Source: Pecten maximus
Lineage: Eukaryota
Length of the DNA stretch: 64,000 nucleotides
NCBI RefSeq assembly: GCF_902652985.1
Contig: NC_047032.1
Coordinates: 28,086,001 to 28,150,000 of the forward strand
Reading direction: 5' to 3'
The notes under the pieces were generated by a model. The model was not told the DNA's origin, did not search any database, and saw only the letters and a list, made by a program, of their open reading frames with translations. Made by a program: the position numbers and the translations under genes. Positions 1 through 11,051 of the stretch are shown piece after piece. The stretch's first letter is position 1. Each line of letters starts with the position of its first letter.

Positions 1-3000
1 CGCAGACATACGAATTTTCGATAAACATATTCTGTAATTCATAGGTATATATTTTGTTAAGTAAAATTGAATGGAAAAATTGTCCACAATATACTGATAT
101 AAAAAGCATTTAGAAGACTTTTCTAAGAGATCTCTTAAATATTGCCTAGCTTGATCAAAAATTCTTTGACGTATACAAGATAAAGTAGCTTTAGAATTAT
201 GTGATGATTGGCAGAGCCATACATCACCAAAACCTAAGGAGCAAAGCAGATCCTTTACACATTGTACCCAATTAAAACATGACCCAGTGTTCTTAGTTAA
301 CAAAAAGTTGTACGCAGTATTTAAAATACAATTTTTCGTGTCAAGTAGTTTGAACCAGTATTTTATTATCCTATATCTCCTTGTGTATTCTAAAGGGAAA
401 CGGCCAAGTTCCCAGTATACCATTGCATTATTTGTAGATTTTTTAACTTTAAGTAATCTCTTACAAAAATGTAAATGGACCTGTTCAATATCTAACCCTT
501 TGGTCGACCCCCAAACTTCACATGAATAGAATAAAATGCTACTTACATAGGTGTCAAACATACTCAGCATGGTTTTACAATTTAGATTCATGTTTAAACA
601 TTTAGAAAACAAAGCAAACATAGCTTTACGTCCTTGGTCAGACAATTTTTTTTGTACATTCGTGAATTTATTATTGTATCTAAAGTTTACGCCAAGATAG
701 GAGAAATCGTCAACACAATCAAGTTTTTTCTCGCGGTAAGACCATATTTCACAGTTACGGATTTTCCCGCCTTTACGGAAAACCATAACTTTTGTTTTCT
801 CAATATTGACTGTTAGTTTCCATTTGTCACAATAAGTTGCGAGATTATTTAATAATTCCTGTAAGCCTTCGACAGTTTCAGAGAACAAGACTAAATCGTC
901 AGCATACAGCATCAGAAATAAGCTTAATTCGCCAAAATCGTAATTTTGGTTACATTTCGATATAAAAAAAGATTTATAATCATTTACGTACATGGAAAAT
1001 AATATCGGCGACAAAGTTTCGCCTTGCATTAAACCAATATCGTTTGAGAAAAAATCAGATAAACAACCTTTAAATTTGACACAAGATTTAACATTGTCAT
1101 AAATTGATTTAATTATTTGAAGAAGCTTGCCCCTGACACCTAATTTCGAGAGTTTATACCATAAATTAATTCTGTTCACATAGTCAAACGCCTTGCGAAA
1201 GTCGACAAAGCAACAATACAAACGTTTATTTTCACTTAAGGATTTAGTAATAATAGAGTGTAAGGCAAAAATCGCATCTACAGTGCTTAATCCACTACGA
1301 AATCCAAATTGTGCATCTGTAATTGTCTCATAAGTTTCGGACCAACGTATCAATCTTAAATTCAGAATGGACGTAAATAATTTGCCCAAACAACTTAGCA
1401 AGCTGATACCTCTAAAATTGTTGGGATCAGTTTTTACACCGTTTTTATGAACAGGAGTTATTATTGCCACAGACCACTCGGTTGGGAAGTAACCAGAGTT
1501 CAAAATTGAATTAAAAAGTGTACATAAAACAGGCATAATTATTTCTTTTCCAACTAAAAAACATTCGTTCAAAATTCCATCTATTCCATGTGACTTGCCA
1601 TGATTTAAATTATTAATAGCCTTCTTAATTTCATCAATACTAATTGGACTGTCTAATTCCTCATATAATGGGACAGTATTTTCTTCAGAATCGTGATTAC
1701 AAAAGGTACCAGTTTCATCACCATCATTGGTGGCTAAACCTTTGAAATGTTCAAACAATGTACTGATATTCATTTCTGGACCTGATGACTTGGAAGATGA
1801 AAACTTTTTATAGAACTGTTTTGGGTTGTACTTCCTTAGGTATTCAAGCATATCCCCTTCAAATCTAATATACATCCTTTTCTTTGTAAGTTCGGCTAAT
1901 TTATATAACCTTTTCTTATCAATTAATATTTTATGATTATTTATGGATTTACATCTATTGAAAATATTCAATGCGTTTTTATAATTGTAAAACATTTTTT
2001 TTAACTCTGTGTCAAACCAGGGTTTGTCCTCGCACACGTGTGAACCTCTAGTTCGGTTCGTCTGGTCATGCCCTGTTGCACCTTTGGTGTGTGTATCGCA
2101 CGAACGAGTAGTCAGAGTAAACGGGCGCATCGTCCGGGTGAATTCGTCGGTAAAGCGACTTACACAGGAATCGATTGAATGTTGAGTGACCTCACCCGAA
2201 ATTACAACGGACGCGTTAATATTATCAAGATTACTAGTAAGGTTATCTAAGAACTGACCACTATGTTCCTCATTCCAGCGATAATTCGGGATTTTTTTGT
2301 GTTCGGTTGATTCCGCATACGCGGTGTCGCGCTCGTCCAATGAGAATCGTGTAGACAATTCCAGGTGCAAGGGGGCGTGGTCAGACAAAACATTGAAATT
2401 ACACACTATGAATTTTTTAACTAAGTTTATAAGGCATGGGTTTAAAATCAAATAGTCAATAACACTCATACCATTATGACCACAATATGTATAATCATTA
2501 GAATAACCGTCTACATCTCTACCGTTAAATATGCGTATTCCAGTAGATTTACATAAATCAATTAACCGATTGCCAAACTGGTTAACAGTGTCGTCAGGGT
2601 TGGACCGTGTACAATATTCATCGTCAGGGATGTAGTGGAACATATTAGAGAGTTGCCTCTCTAAACTGACATGGATATTATCATTTTGAACAAAATCAGA
2701 TTTTGTGCCTGTGCGGCTATTAAAGTCGCCGATTAACATAAGTTTACCTTCGCTACTATAGCGATTAATACAAGCTTCAAGCTCAAAAAATAAATCACAG
2801 TTATATTTGCTGTAAAAAATAGAATTTGCGGGTGGTATGTACACGCCCTGCTAAATAGACATCCTCAGTTTCTAGTAATAAACATTTATCTATCTTCAGC
2901 CATACAATCGAATCGTGAATTATGTCACAAACAGAAATATGTTGTTTCAATTTAGAATCAATTAAGACTACAATACCGCCACCTTGAGTAGTATTGGTAA

Positions 3001-3060
3001 GTTTCCTAGGTACCACATGGGAGTCGAAACCATCAATATCAACTTGATAATCGTTTGGAA
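1..3060 (-). mobile_element. Non-LTR retrotransposon (LINE) ORF2: APE endonuclease + reverse transcriptase, probably RTE-X-like; continues past the left edge
   Basis: Manual translation of the - strand is open from 2850 to 1 with no stop. Endonuclease motifs: VYIPP, MLIGDFNSR, SVIDY, LSDHAP. RT motifs: KPWFD, NNFRGISLLS, AQFGFR, CFVDFRKAFD, GLMQGETLSPILF, LYADDLVL, FSYLG. C-terminal motifs: YSCEVWG, WELGRFPL. Upstream endonuclease residues (GGGIVVLID...DVYLAG) sit in another frame, joined by a +1 frameshift at ~2846-2848. The clade call is from motif recall. Confidence 0.93.
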
Positions 3061-3074
3061 TCCCGCTAAGGATT

Positions 3075-3180
3075 CATTTAAATAACTTTTCATTTTTATG
3101 GACGGATCACTTTTTATTGCATCTGGCAAAGAATTCCACAATTTCCAGATTTAATCATTTGAAAACAAAAGGAACTTACA
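3075..3180 (-). mobile_element. Degenerate 3' fragment of a second (CR1/L2-type) LINE
   Basis: The - strand reads KLWNSLPDAIKSDPS. LWNSLP is typical of the C-terminus of CR1/L2-group ORF2. The fragment is short and degraded. Confidence 0.4.
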
Positions 3181-3229
3181 TATTAAATCCGAGAAAGAAC
3201 TTTCTAAGAAACGGGATTAACAACTAATA

Positions 3230-3720
3230 CAAGAAAAATCTAAATTAATTTCAAGAAATATCCATGAAGAAAATATCGGAAGTAAACTTCAACTGTCAAA
3301 ATTCAAAATAGACACCTGGCTGCCATTTCGTTTTCAAATCAGTCCCAAAATAAAACATATACAGCTGGTGACCAAGGGGAACCTACAAGTGAAATTTGAG
3401 AAAGATCCATGAAGAATTATACAGGAAAGAGTGATGACAAACTTCAACTAACAAACGTCAAAATGACCGCCTGTCATGTTTTCCGATGAGTTTCAAAACG
3501 AAACGTGCACAACATAGGATCAACAGACCCTACATATGATTTGTGAAAATAGTGATATAAATCTTCAACTGTCAAAATCATAAATGGTCGTCTGTCAGTT
3601 GTCTTGCTTTCCGATCAATCTCAAAATGGAACATGCACAACTGATGGACCAAGATAAAATCTGAGGGAGATCGGTGAACAACATTACGAGAAACAGCGAT
3701 AAAAATATCAACCGGAGTGA
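3230..3720. repeat. About 3 diverged tandem units (~120-155 bp), resembling central repeats of bivalve Helentron/HINE elements
   Basis: The motif acttcaact(gtc)aaaat...aaatg recurs at ~3286, ~3441 and ~3562, each followed by similar 'gaaatttgagaaagatcc'-like blocks. Confidence 0.5.
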
Positions 3721-4831
3721 AATATTTGGCAGATATTTTCAATGAGGGTATTTGAGGCATTTTGTTGATGTAAATAATGTCTTGCATTCATTTCCATCAA
3801 ATGAAAACGAAATTGATGAATAATTCTAAATCCATTGATATTAGTTTCTTAATTTTATTTCTTATTATTTTGCCAGTTTGTTATTCCGCACGGGTGTGGT
3901 TGCTTTATGACATGTGCATCGTAGACAAAATCTCCCTCATTTATAAAGTTGTGCTTCCATGCATCTTGAGAAGTAGCTTTCAGAATGATTCTCAGAACAT
4001 CTATCATCTATTTTTTTCCATTAACTGTATATAAATATGTTGACACTAGTTAAGGATGTTTTCAACAACTTAAAATTGAATTAGCTATTTTTGACTGCAC
4101 ACTTACATGTCTCTCGGGTCATTATCAAATATACATGTATTACATTTCCGAAACGATCAAAATTTCTCTTTATAGGCCTACCATACACATGAATATAGCT
4201 TAATACATTTTATTGAGAATGGATAAGTTATGTCTGAATACATGTAATAATGTACACGTATAGATATATCTATAGTTATTCTGTAACTCATTTTAAATTT
4301 AGAAACCTTTGCTCAACAGTTAAATCAATATCTAGAAGATTTTTTGAGATTTTCCATGGATTGTTTTATAAAGTTCTACTAAATGCCATTGTAGCATCTC
4401 TAGTATTAATCCAGTATGTTGTAAAAGTTCCAGTTGATGAGGTTGTTAACCTAATGTGGAAAAGTTTTGAAGCATAGAACGTACATGTAGAAACCAATAC
4501 TGCATACACTGTGTAATGACAACAGATTTTCAGATACAATGCCGGTATTTATTCTTATACTACACATGAAGTCATTGAAATACCATAGATGTTCATCCCT
4601 GGGAATGTTCCAACACTTTTACCGGATATATTGGTAAAGCTGTTCGATTCGTTGCATGCAGAAAACGATAAATAATCATGGCTGAAGTACCGATATCTGT
4701 ACTGTCGACAGGTTTTGTCATTATAGGGGGTGTTAGTAACTTGTTAGAATAATTGGACCCATCAGAATGCTTGGATTTATATACATGTACAAAATGTATA
4801 TGCATGTGGTCTTTCAGAATAAGGCAACTCG

Positions 4832-5180
4832 TTTTAGCTCACCTGGACCTAAGGGCCGGTGAACTTATGCCATGGCGCAGCGTCCGTCGTCCGTCCGACC
4901 ATCATCCGTCAACATTTCATTTAGGTTGCTAATAGCCTATAGTCCTGAACGCCTGAATGGATTTTGATGTAATTTAAAATAAATGATTATTGGACAGACT
5001 TGCAGAGATCTAATGTATACATGGAGGGCGTGGCACCCTTAAGGCCGGAGAGATGGAGGCCCAATATAGGGGAAATGGAGATAAAGCCGTTTAATCAGCA
5101 CTGTGGTCCTGAATCACACAACTGGATTTTGATGAAATTTGGTCTAGAGCATCATTAGATAAAAGAGACCTAATTATGTA
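4832..5180 (+). mobile_element. Helentron/HINE (DINE-1/pearl-like) non-autonomous element, 5' part
   Basis: Starts ttttagctcacctg, then a short inverted repeat (ggtgaact), then a cgtc/cgtccgtc microsatellite. This is the characteristic layout of the family. Confidence 0.6.
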
Positions 5181-6495
5181 TAAACGGACAATAGGGGATT
5201 TTTTTTTTATAATTTATTTTACAGCCAGCTGTCATAAAGTACTTTTGCATGTTCATTCGATTCACAATAGTCTAATCTATATTGATCCTATTCTTCCTAT
5301 CATTGAATTATTTTTTAAGCAATTACTTAATTTGCCTTTAATCTTATCTACATGTATATAAATTTGAATGATTTAATTTGGTCTTTTTTAATGCATTTTT
5401 ACACTATTAGATTAAATGTGTGACTTATAAAAAAAAGCTTTTTCTGACCCGAGTAGAAACATCAAAATGACACAACAGGAATCACCATATTTAATTCTGA
5501 ATCATACTGGGGATTATACAGGCTACCTCAGACATACATATGTATACATCTCTGAGGGCACATGTACCAATCTGTACAATAAAACACATAATTAACACAA
5601 TTTCTATTACATGTACATTTACTAAAAATTGTATATATACATTTACCAAGGTATGTACGTATTATCAAATAAATGTAGGTTTCCTATATGCACCTCCAGC
5701 ATGTCTGCTCCTATATGTCAGCATCATTAGCAAAGATGTAGATGTAGACTTATTAGCTCTGACAATTAAACATCTTTTTCTCCACGAACGATCTATTTCT
5801 GCTACATACTGTATAATTTCCACATCCTAAATTCATGAACATATCAGACAAAACAACAGAACAGAAACAATATCTATCCAGCTATCTGAGATAATCTCTG
5901 ACACAACACTCGATCCAGCTTTTATTTTGAACCCAGTCTCTTCAAATATTATACATCTGTATATGGATAATCTGATATAAAACTAACTGTTTCCCAGGAA
6001 TCCTGTTCACAAAATTACGGCGTCCTGAAAGAAATCAGATGCATTTTATATATGGACTCCTAACTCACTTCATCCAGCATCTGATTACTGGATTCACTTG
6101 ATGTACTGTGTATCAATCTGTAAAAGGAGAGTGTTGGTGTGTACATAAATATAGACTCTGTCACTTTTTAATCATTCCTTCCTATTACAAATCTTACACT
6201 GTGATATATATCTCAATATATTTGTACACACACTCACTTATTCCATCAGATATTGTTTATTTTATACATGTGTATCCAATGAATGTCATTTCCAGGAAAA
6301 TTAACAGCATGTACAATACACACTTTTAGTTTCATATTAATCTTCATCACTTAAGTAATAACTACTGTGTATTGTTGAAGTTTTCTGATTAAAAGGAATC
6401 ATTTGCTGCACCGCACATGAATTTGTAATCCATTAGATCACAGTACACTTTTGAACACTATGGTTGGTTCTATATCACATCATATAGTAAAGTCA

Positions 6496-9018
6496 TCAGT
6501 CTCTCCATCTATGGCCACACTTCATGTTACAACACTTGTAAAACGTTGTCATGGGTTCATCTGCTGATCGAGTCTGTATCTGCATAAAGAATGCTCTGTT
6601 ATGTGCACATCTTGGACAGGTTTCTGAAAAAGAAAATGAAGAAATGATAATGACTTTTGAGACACAGTTATTTATAATTATCAAAGGCATGGACTAGTGC
6701 TTTTCCTGTGAAACTCTCACAAGTTGTGAGAATCTGCTTTATTCAACTACAAGGTAGACTCATAAATAAACAAGCAGTCCAAGGGGCCTGTATCCTCACC
6801 TGCTACTAAGGCATCTTTAAAGTTCATCTAGATCATTTATAAAAATGCTAGGCTGATTCTTCATTCAAACAAGAGTAGCCAAAACCTTATATCATTAAAC
6901 AAATTTGGTAGACATTCATTCCAGCATACTCTGTACCAAGTATTGTTACCCTTGCTGTTTTGTTCAGATTTGATCTCTGTGACCTTGAAAGTAGGTCAAG
7001 GCCATTCACTTCAACTAATTGAGACAAAATCATTTAAAGAAATTAAAACATTTAACCCCTATGACCTTAAAAGCAGGTCAAGGTTAATGTTGTTCATTTG
7101 GGGAAAAATACTTGATAGCCTTTAATAACAGCATGCTACTGGCCCAATATTGTGACCCTGGGCCTCTTGGTTATTGACAAGAAGTTATTTAAAGATATTT
7201 GACCCCTTTGACCTCGAAAACAAGTCAAGGTCGTTATTCAAACAACTTATTAGCAGGCCTGGCCTTCAGCCTAGCATGCATGCAACATGACAAATATCTT
7301 GATCATGGTCCTCGGCCATTGAGACAAAGTTCTTTGAAAGGAAAGCGCATCAGCTCACTTTAGTTTTGCTCTTCAAGCAGGTGAGCTAAATATTATATTG
7401 TGAAGAAAATATTTTCGAAGAAAATCTACAAATCTCAAAACAACAATTATTCTAAACAACTCCAACAATTTTGATTTCAATTAAATTTAAAAAAAAAAAA
7501 AAAAATTTAATCTTTTTTTTTATTCATTTTCAAAAAAAAAAATCAATTAAAAGTTACTGCGATATATCTAAAGTACTTTTTCCAACGCTTTTCAAGTTAA
7601 CTATAATTTTTGAATATTTCCACATGCTACAGTATCTTAATCTTTGTTGCATAAAAAAAAGTACCAGGCTTCTTTTAATGGGTCATATACATGTAACTGC
7701 ACTATAAAATATCTACTCCGAGTAATCATGATGTTTTATTAAGGTTTTTTTTTATATCCTGTTGATTATCTTGATAAGTAAAACCAACTTACCCTCTGTG
7801 TTGTCCACATTTTCCCAGGCAGCTGCACCACCCAACACATCATCTACCTCCTTCAACTTTGGGTACTTTCTATTGCTAATCTGTTTAGCAAAACAAAACA
7901 AAAAACAAACAAAAATTCAGATAATTTCACACATTAACAGGGAATTTTTACATATGTAAAATCAATACCCATTTTCCTGAAAGTCAAAGTCAATAATAGT
8001 AAAGAAATCTAGGAAACTCTTGTAGGTATACACATACGTATACATACAGGGTCAAGGCAGGAGCAAATTATAGTATTGTTAATGGGACAAAGAACATGCA
8101 CATGTAAATAGTAGATATTCACTAGCTACAAAATTAACAAAACAAGAGCACTGCACAGATCTAGAATTTTAGACTGTCTATGTTAATGCTGCAAGATTCT
8201 TTCACTTGCCATAATACACACTTCAGCTGCACAGAAAATGTATAGCAGTGACAATAACACCAATAAATGTTTTAGGTTATTTTTACTTTTGTGTATTATA
8301 GAAAACAAACACTCATACATGTGCACATTGAGAATAACAATAACTGGCTATCAAACTGATATTTTCAATAAGAAGGTTTAAGTTCTGGTTTCAATCGTAA
8401 ATGATCAATCAGAAATGTTTATTGATGGTATCAGCAAGAATCTAGTACCACTAATTACTACAAAGTACATTATTGTACGTACATGTATACTGTTTGTAAA
8501 TAAACTTCAAATTTTACTATACATTATAATATGCACATTAAAAGAAAATAGTAGTCTCGCCTGTCAAATTCACAATGCATCCCGCGATTTACGGATCGAA
8601 GAATAGGTTAATTGATAGATTAACTAGGTACCTCTGATAAAATCCTAAATGATGCAATATATGGAAAATCGTAATATAATAATATATATAATGTACTATT
8701 ATTGCATTATTATCAAGACACAGCCATGTCAATATTTAAGAATAATAAAATATTAATATGTCAAATCATTTCAAAACATAATGCTTTGGTTGAAATAATT
8801 AAATCATGACACTTTTTTTAATTTTAATGTGGCCGGGGAGAGGGGGGGTCGTGGACCAAACATAAGTTACTCTCAAACGAAGACTTTAAAATTTCATGTT
8901 GATTTACCTTTCTCTTTATGTTCTGTATATAAGGACAAGTGTTACACGCGAATCGGTAACATGTCTCCCCCTCTTCAACAACTAACACATTAGAACATGT
9001 CGGACAAAACATCAACAT
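6496..9018 (-). CDS. POLR3K: RNA polymerase III subunit RPC10/C11 (108 aa); exons 9018-8908, 7880-7793, 6623-6496
   Basis: Spliced product MLMFCPTCSNVLVVEEGETCYRFACNTCPYIQNIKRK|ISNRKYPKLKEVDDVLGGAAAWENVDNTE|ETCPRCAHNRAFFMQIQTRSADEPMTTFYKCCNMKCGHRWRD. It has two Zn ribbons and the TFIIS-like QTRSADEPMT motif. GT-AG introns; exon sizes 111+88+128=327 nt. Confidence 0.97.
6765..7390 (-). mobile_element. Helentron/HINE-like non-autonomous element in POLR3K intron 2
   Basis: One end is aacaag...ggggcctgtatcctcacctg and the other is caggtgagctaaa (reverse complement of the tttagctcacctg terminus at 4833). Internal repeats are rich in tgacctt/aaggtca. Confidence 0.6.
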
Positions 9019-9037
9019 TGTTGACGATTTCACATAA

Positions 9038-9045
9038 CCGGAAGT
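9038..9045 (+). promoter_or_regulatory. ETS/GABP-type motif CCGGAAGT in the POLR3K/SNRNP25 divergent promoter region
   Basis: Exact CCGGAAGT 20 bp upstream of the POLR3K ATG. The motif is commonly enriched at bidirectional housekeeping promoters. Function is untested. Confidence 0.45.
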
Positions 9046-9342
9046 TTGTCTATCTGGCGCTTGATTTATCGTGATCAGTGTAGTGTTTGAATGGCAAGTA
9101 ATAATAATAGTATAGTGATGCTATCATCAATTATCAATATGCCGTAACTGGTTGTTTGGCTGGATAAGGCTCAAAGATCTACCTTAAAACAGGTGCTGCT
9201 TATTTGATTCATAAATGTAAGACAGTCAAACGTGTCAAATAATGCTTTGATGATAGAATACATGTAGGCACCTAGATCTACAATGCAAAGTAACCAAACA
9301 TCACGCTATGAATGATGTATATAGTAATATAAATCACAGGCG

Positions 9343-9425
9343 TTTGAAGTTCTGGCTGTAAACTGAGATAAATACCCTTATTTTTTATATGGTATTATAT
9401 CTCAGTTTACAGTCAGAGCTTCAAA
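9343..9425. mobile_element. Small palindromic MITE-like hairpin
   Basis: Inverted arms tttgaagttctggctgtaaactgagata ... tatctcagtttacagtcagagcttcaaa (~28 bp, 2 mismatches). Confidence 0.6.
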
Positions 9426-9443
9426 TACCCTTGTATAAATGTA

Positions 9444-9770
9444 TGGAACGCCAAATTAACATATATTCAATTATTTGAAGATACGTTCAATTATTGAAGA
9501 TAAGGTTGAATTTAATTGAAGATAGGTTCAATTCAATTGAAGATAGGTCCAATTATTCAACAGATAGGTACAATTGAATTGAACATTTCTTTAATTAAAT
9601 TGAACCTATCTTCAATTGAATTGAACCTATCTCTAATTTAATTGAACATATCTCTATTAATTGAATTAAACCTATCTTTAATTGAATTAAACCTATCTTT
9701 AATTGAATTGAACCTATCTTCAATTATTTGTAGGTTCAATTAATTGAAAATATGTTAATTTGGCATTCCA
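9444..9770. mobile_element. Foldback-type MITE with internal ~21-bp tandem repeats in inverted orientation, flanked by TA
   Basis: Termini tggaacgccaaattaacata / tatgttaatttggcattcca. The left half repeats aattgaagataggttc and the right half repeats its reverse complement gaacctatcttcaatt. Confidence 0.75.
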
Positions 9771-9834
9771 TAGTTATAAGTTCAACCCAAATATCATTCG
9801 TAACGAACCCCTGTGACTGTGAAACTATCTTTGT

Positions 9835-10250
9835 AGTCCGTCTGTCCATCGTCAGCCTTTCCATTTCAATATTTCAAAGCCTTAATTTCCAATATCCAAA
9901 ACTAAGGCCCATGATCACATGGTATCAGGACCATAAAAAACTCATATATGCTATTATGAAAGTTTAAGGCTACCATTGAAAATTTGATGAAATAGATCAA
10001 TCAAATATGTATTTAATTTCCTTTTTCATGTAATCAAAGATAGGTGAAACATTGTAGATGTAGGGCCATGATATTGGGCCAGTAGTGTGCTTGGATGAAT
10101 TGCTGTTTATAATTCTGTTTAAATGAATAGATTTACATTCAGATATTACTTGAACAAAGTACATAGTTTTCAGGTCTAGACTCAAGATCAATGTTAAAAG
10201 TTGCATTAGAAGCAGTGAGTGCTACAGGCCCCTTGGACCTCTTGTTTTAT
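9835..10250 (+). mobile_element. Helentron/HINE-like element remnant
   Basis: gtccgtctgtccatcgtc microsatellite start, and a 3' end gtgagtgctacaggccccttggacctcttgtttt (terminal hairpin + T tract) matching the element at 6765. Confidence 0.5.
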
Positions 10251-11051
10251 ATCATGCCGTTATCTTTAGTGTTTTATTATTTATTTATTGAATATCTTAT
10301 TCCTGTGATCTGATTATATATTGGACATTTTTTGGTAGAGGATCTTACCCGAGTGCCATGGCTACCAGGTTTTTTTGTTTTTTTGGGCGGGGGGGGGTGG
10401 GGGGGGGGGGGGGGGTTATTACACAAGTTTAATCATTTTCAGGTGAGTGGCATATCAACTAATGTAACAAGTTTAATAATTCCACAAGTGTGAGAGTCTC
10501 TTTTATTTTGTAATGAGAATAACATTGAAAACTGTCAGATTAATTAATTTCTATATAATTAGACAGCTTTATATGGAACAGGCAACTTTCGAATCAGTGA
10601 TGGTATATGCAAGCTCATGTTTTGTTGTGGCATCATAAATTATATGACATGGCAATTGTGTTACGGTATTATACAAATGTCTCACAATATTTATGACATA
10701 GCCATATGACAGCATGTACAGAACAGGCCATTAGAAGCCTTCTAAATCTGCTAAATGTAGCTTCATTCACTTCAGTTTATAGATTATATTGTAGCAGACA
10801 TGTTTCTAAAAGGCATTTCGTTTTTACCTGCTATTTTTTTAATGTTTAAACTTCAGAGTACACAGTTTTCCTATAATAAAACCAAAGCTTAATGCAACTG
10901 GATGGAATTCCTTTTGTCTAACTGCTATACAATAACAATATATATACTGTGTATATGGCAGGGCATTGGTTCAGAAAGCAAGGGATCACTAGTATTTAGT
11001 CATTTCAGATCTGTGTTGTAGAAGAAGCTGTCTCCATCAGTCCATGTGACC

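Noticed and set aside
4250-4810. Short ORFs downstream of POLR3K
   Set aside because: No recognisable motifs and no consistent splice structure.
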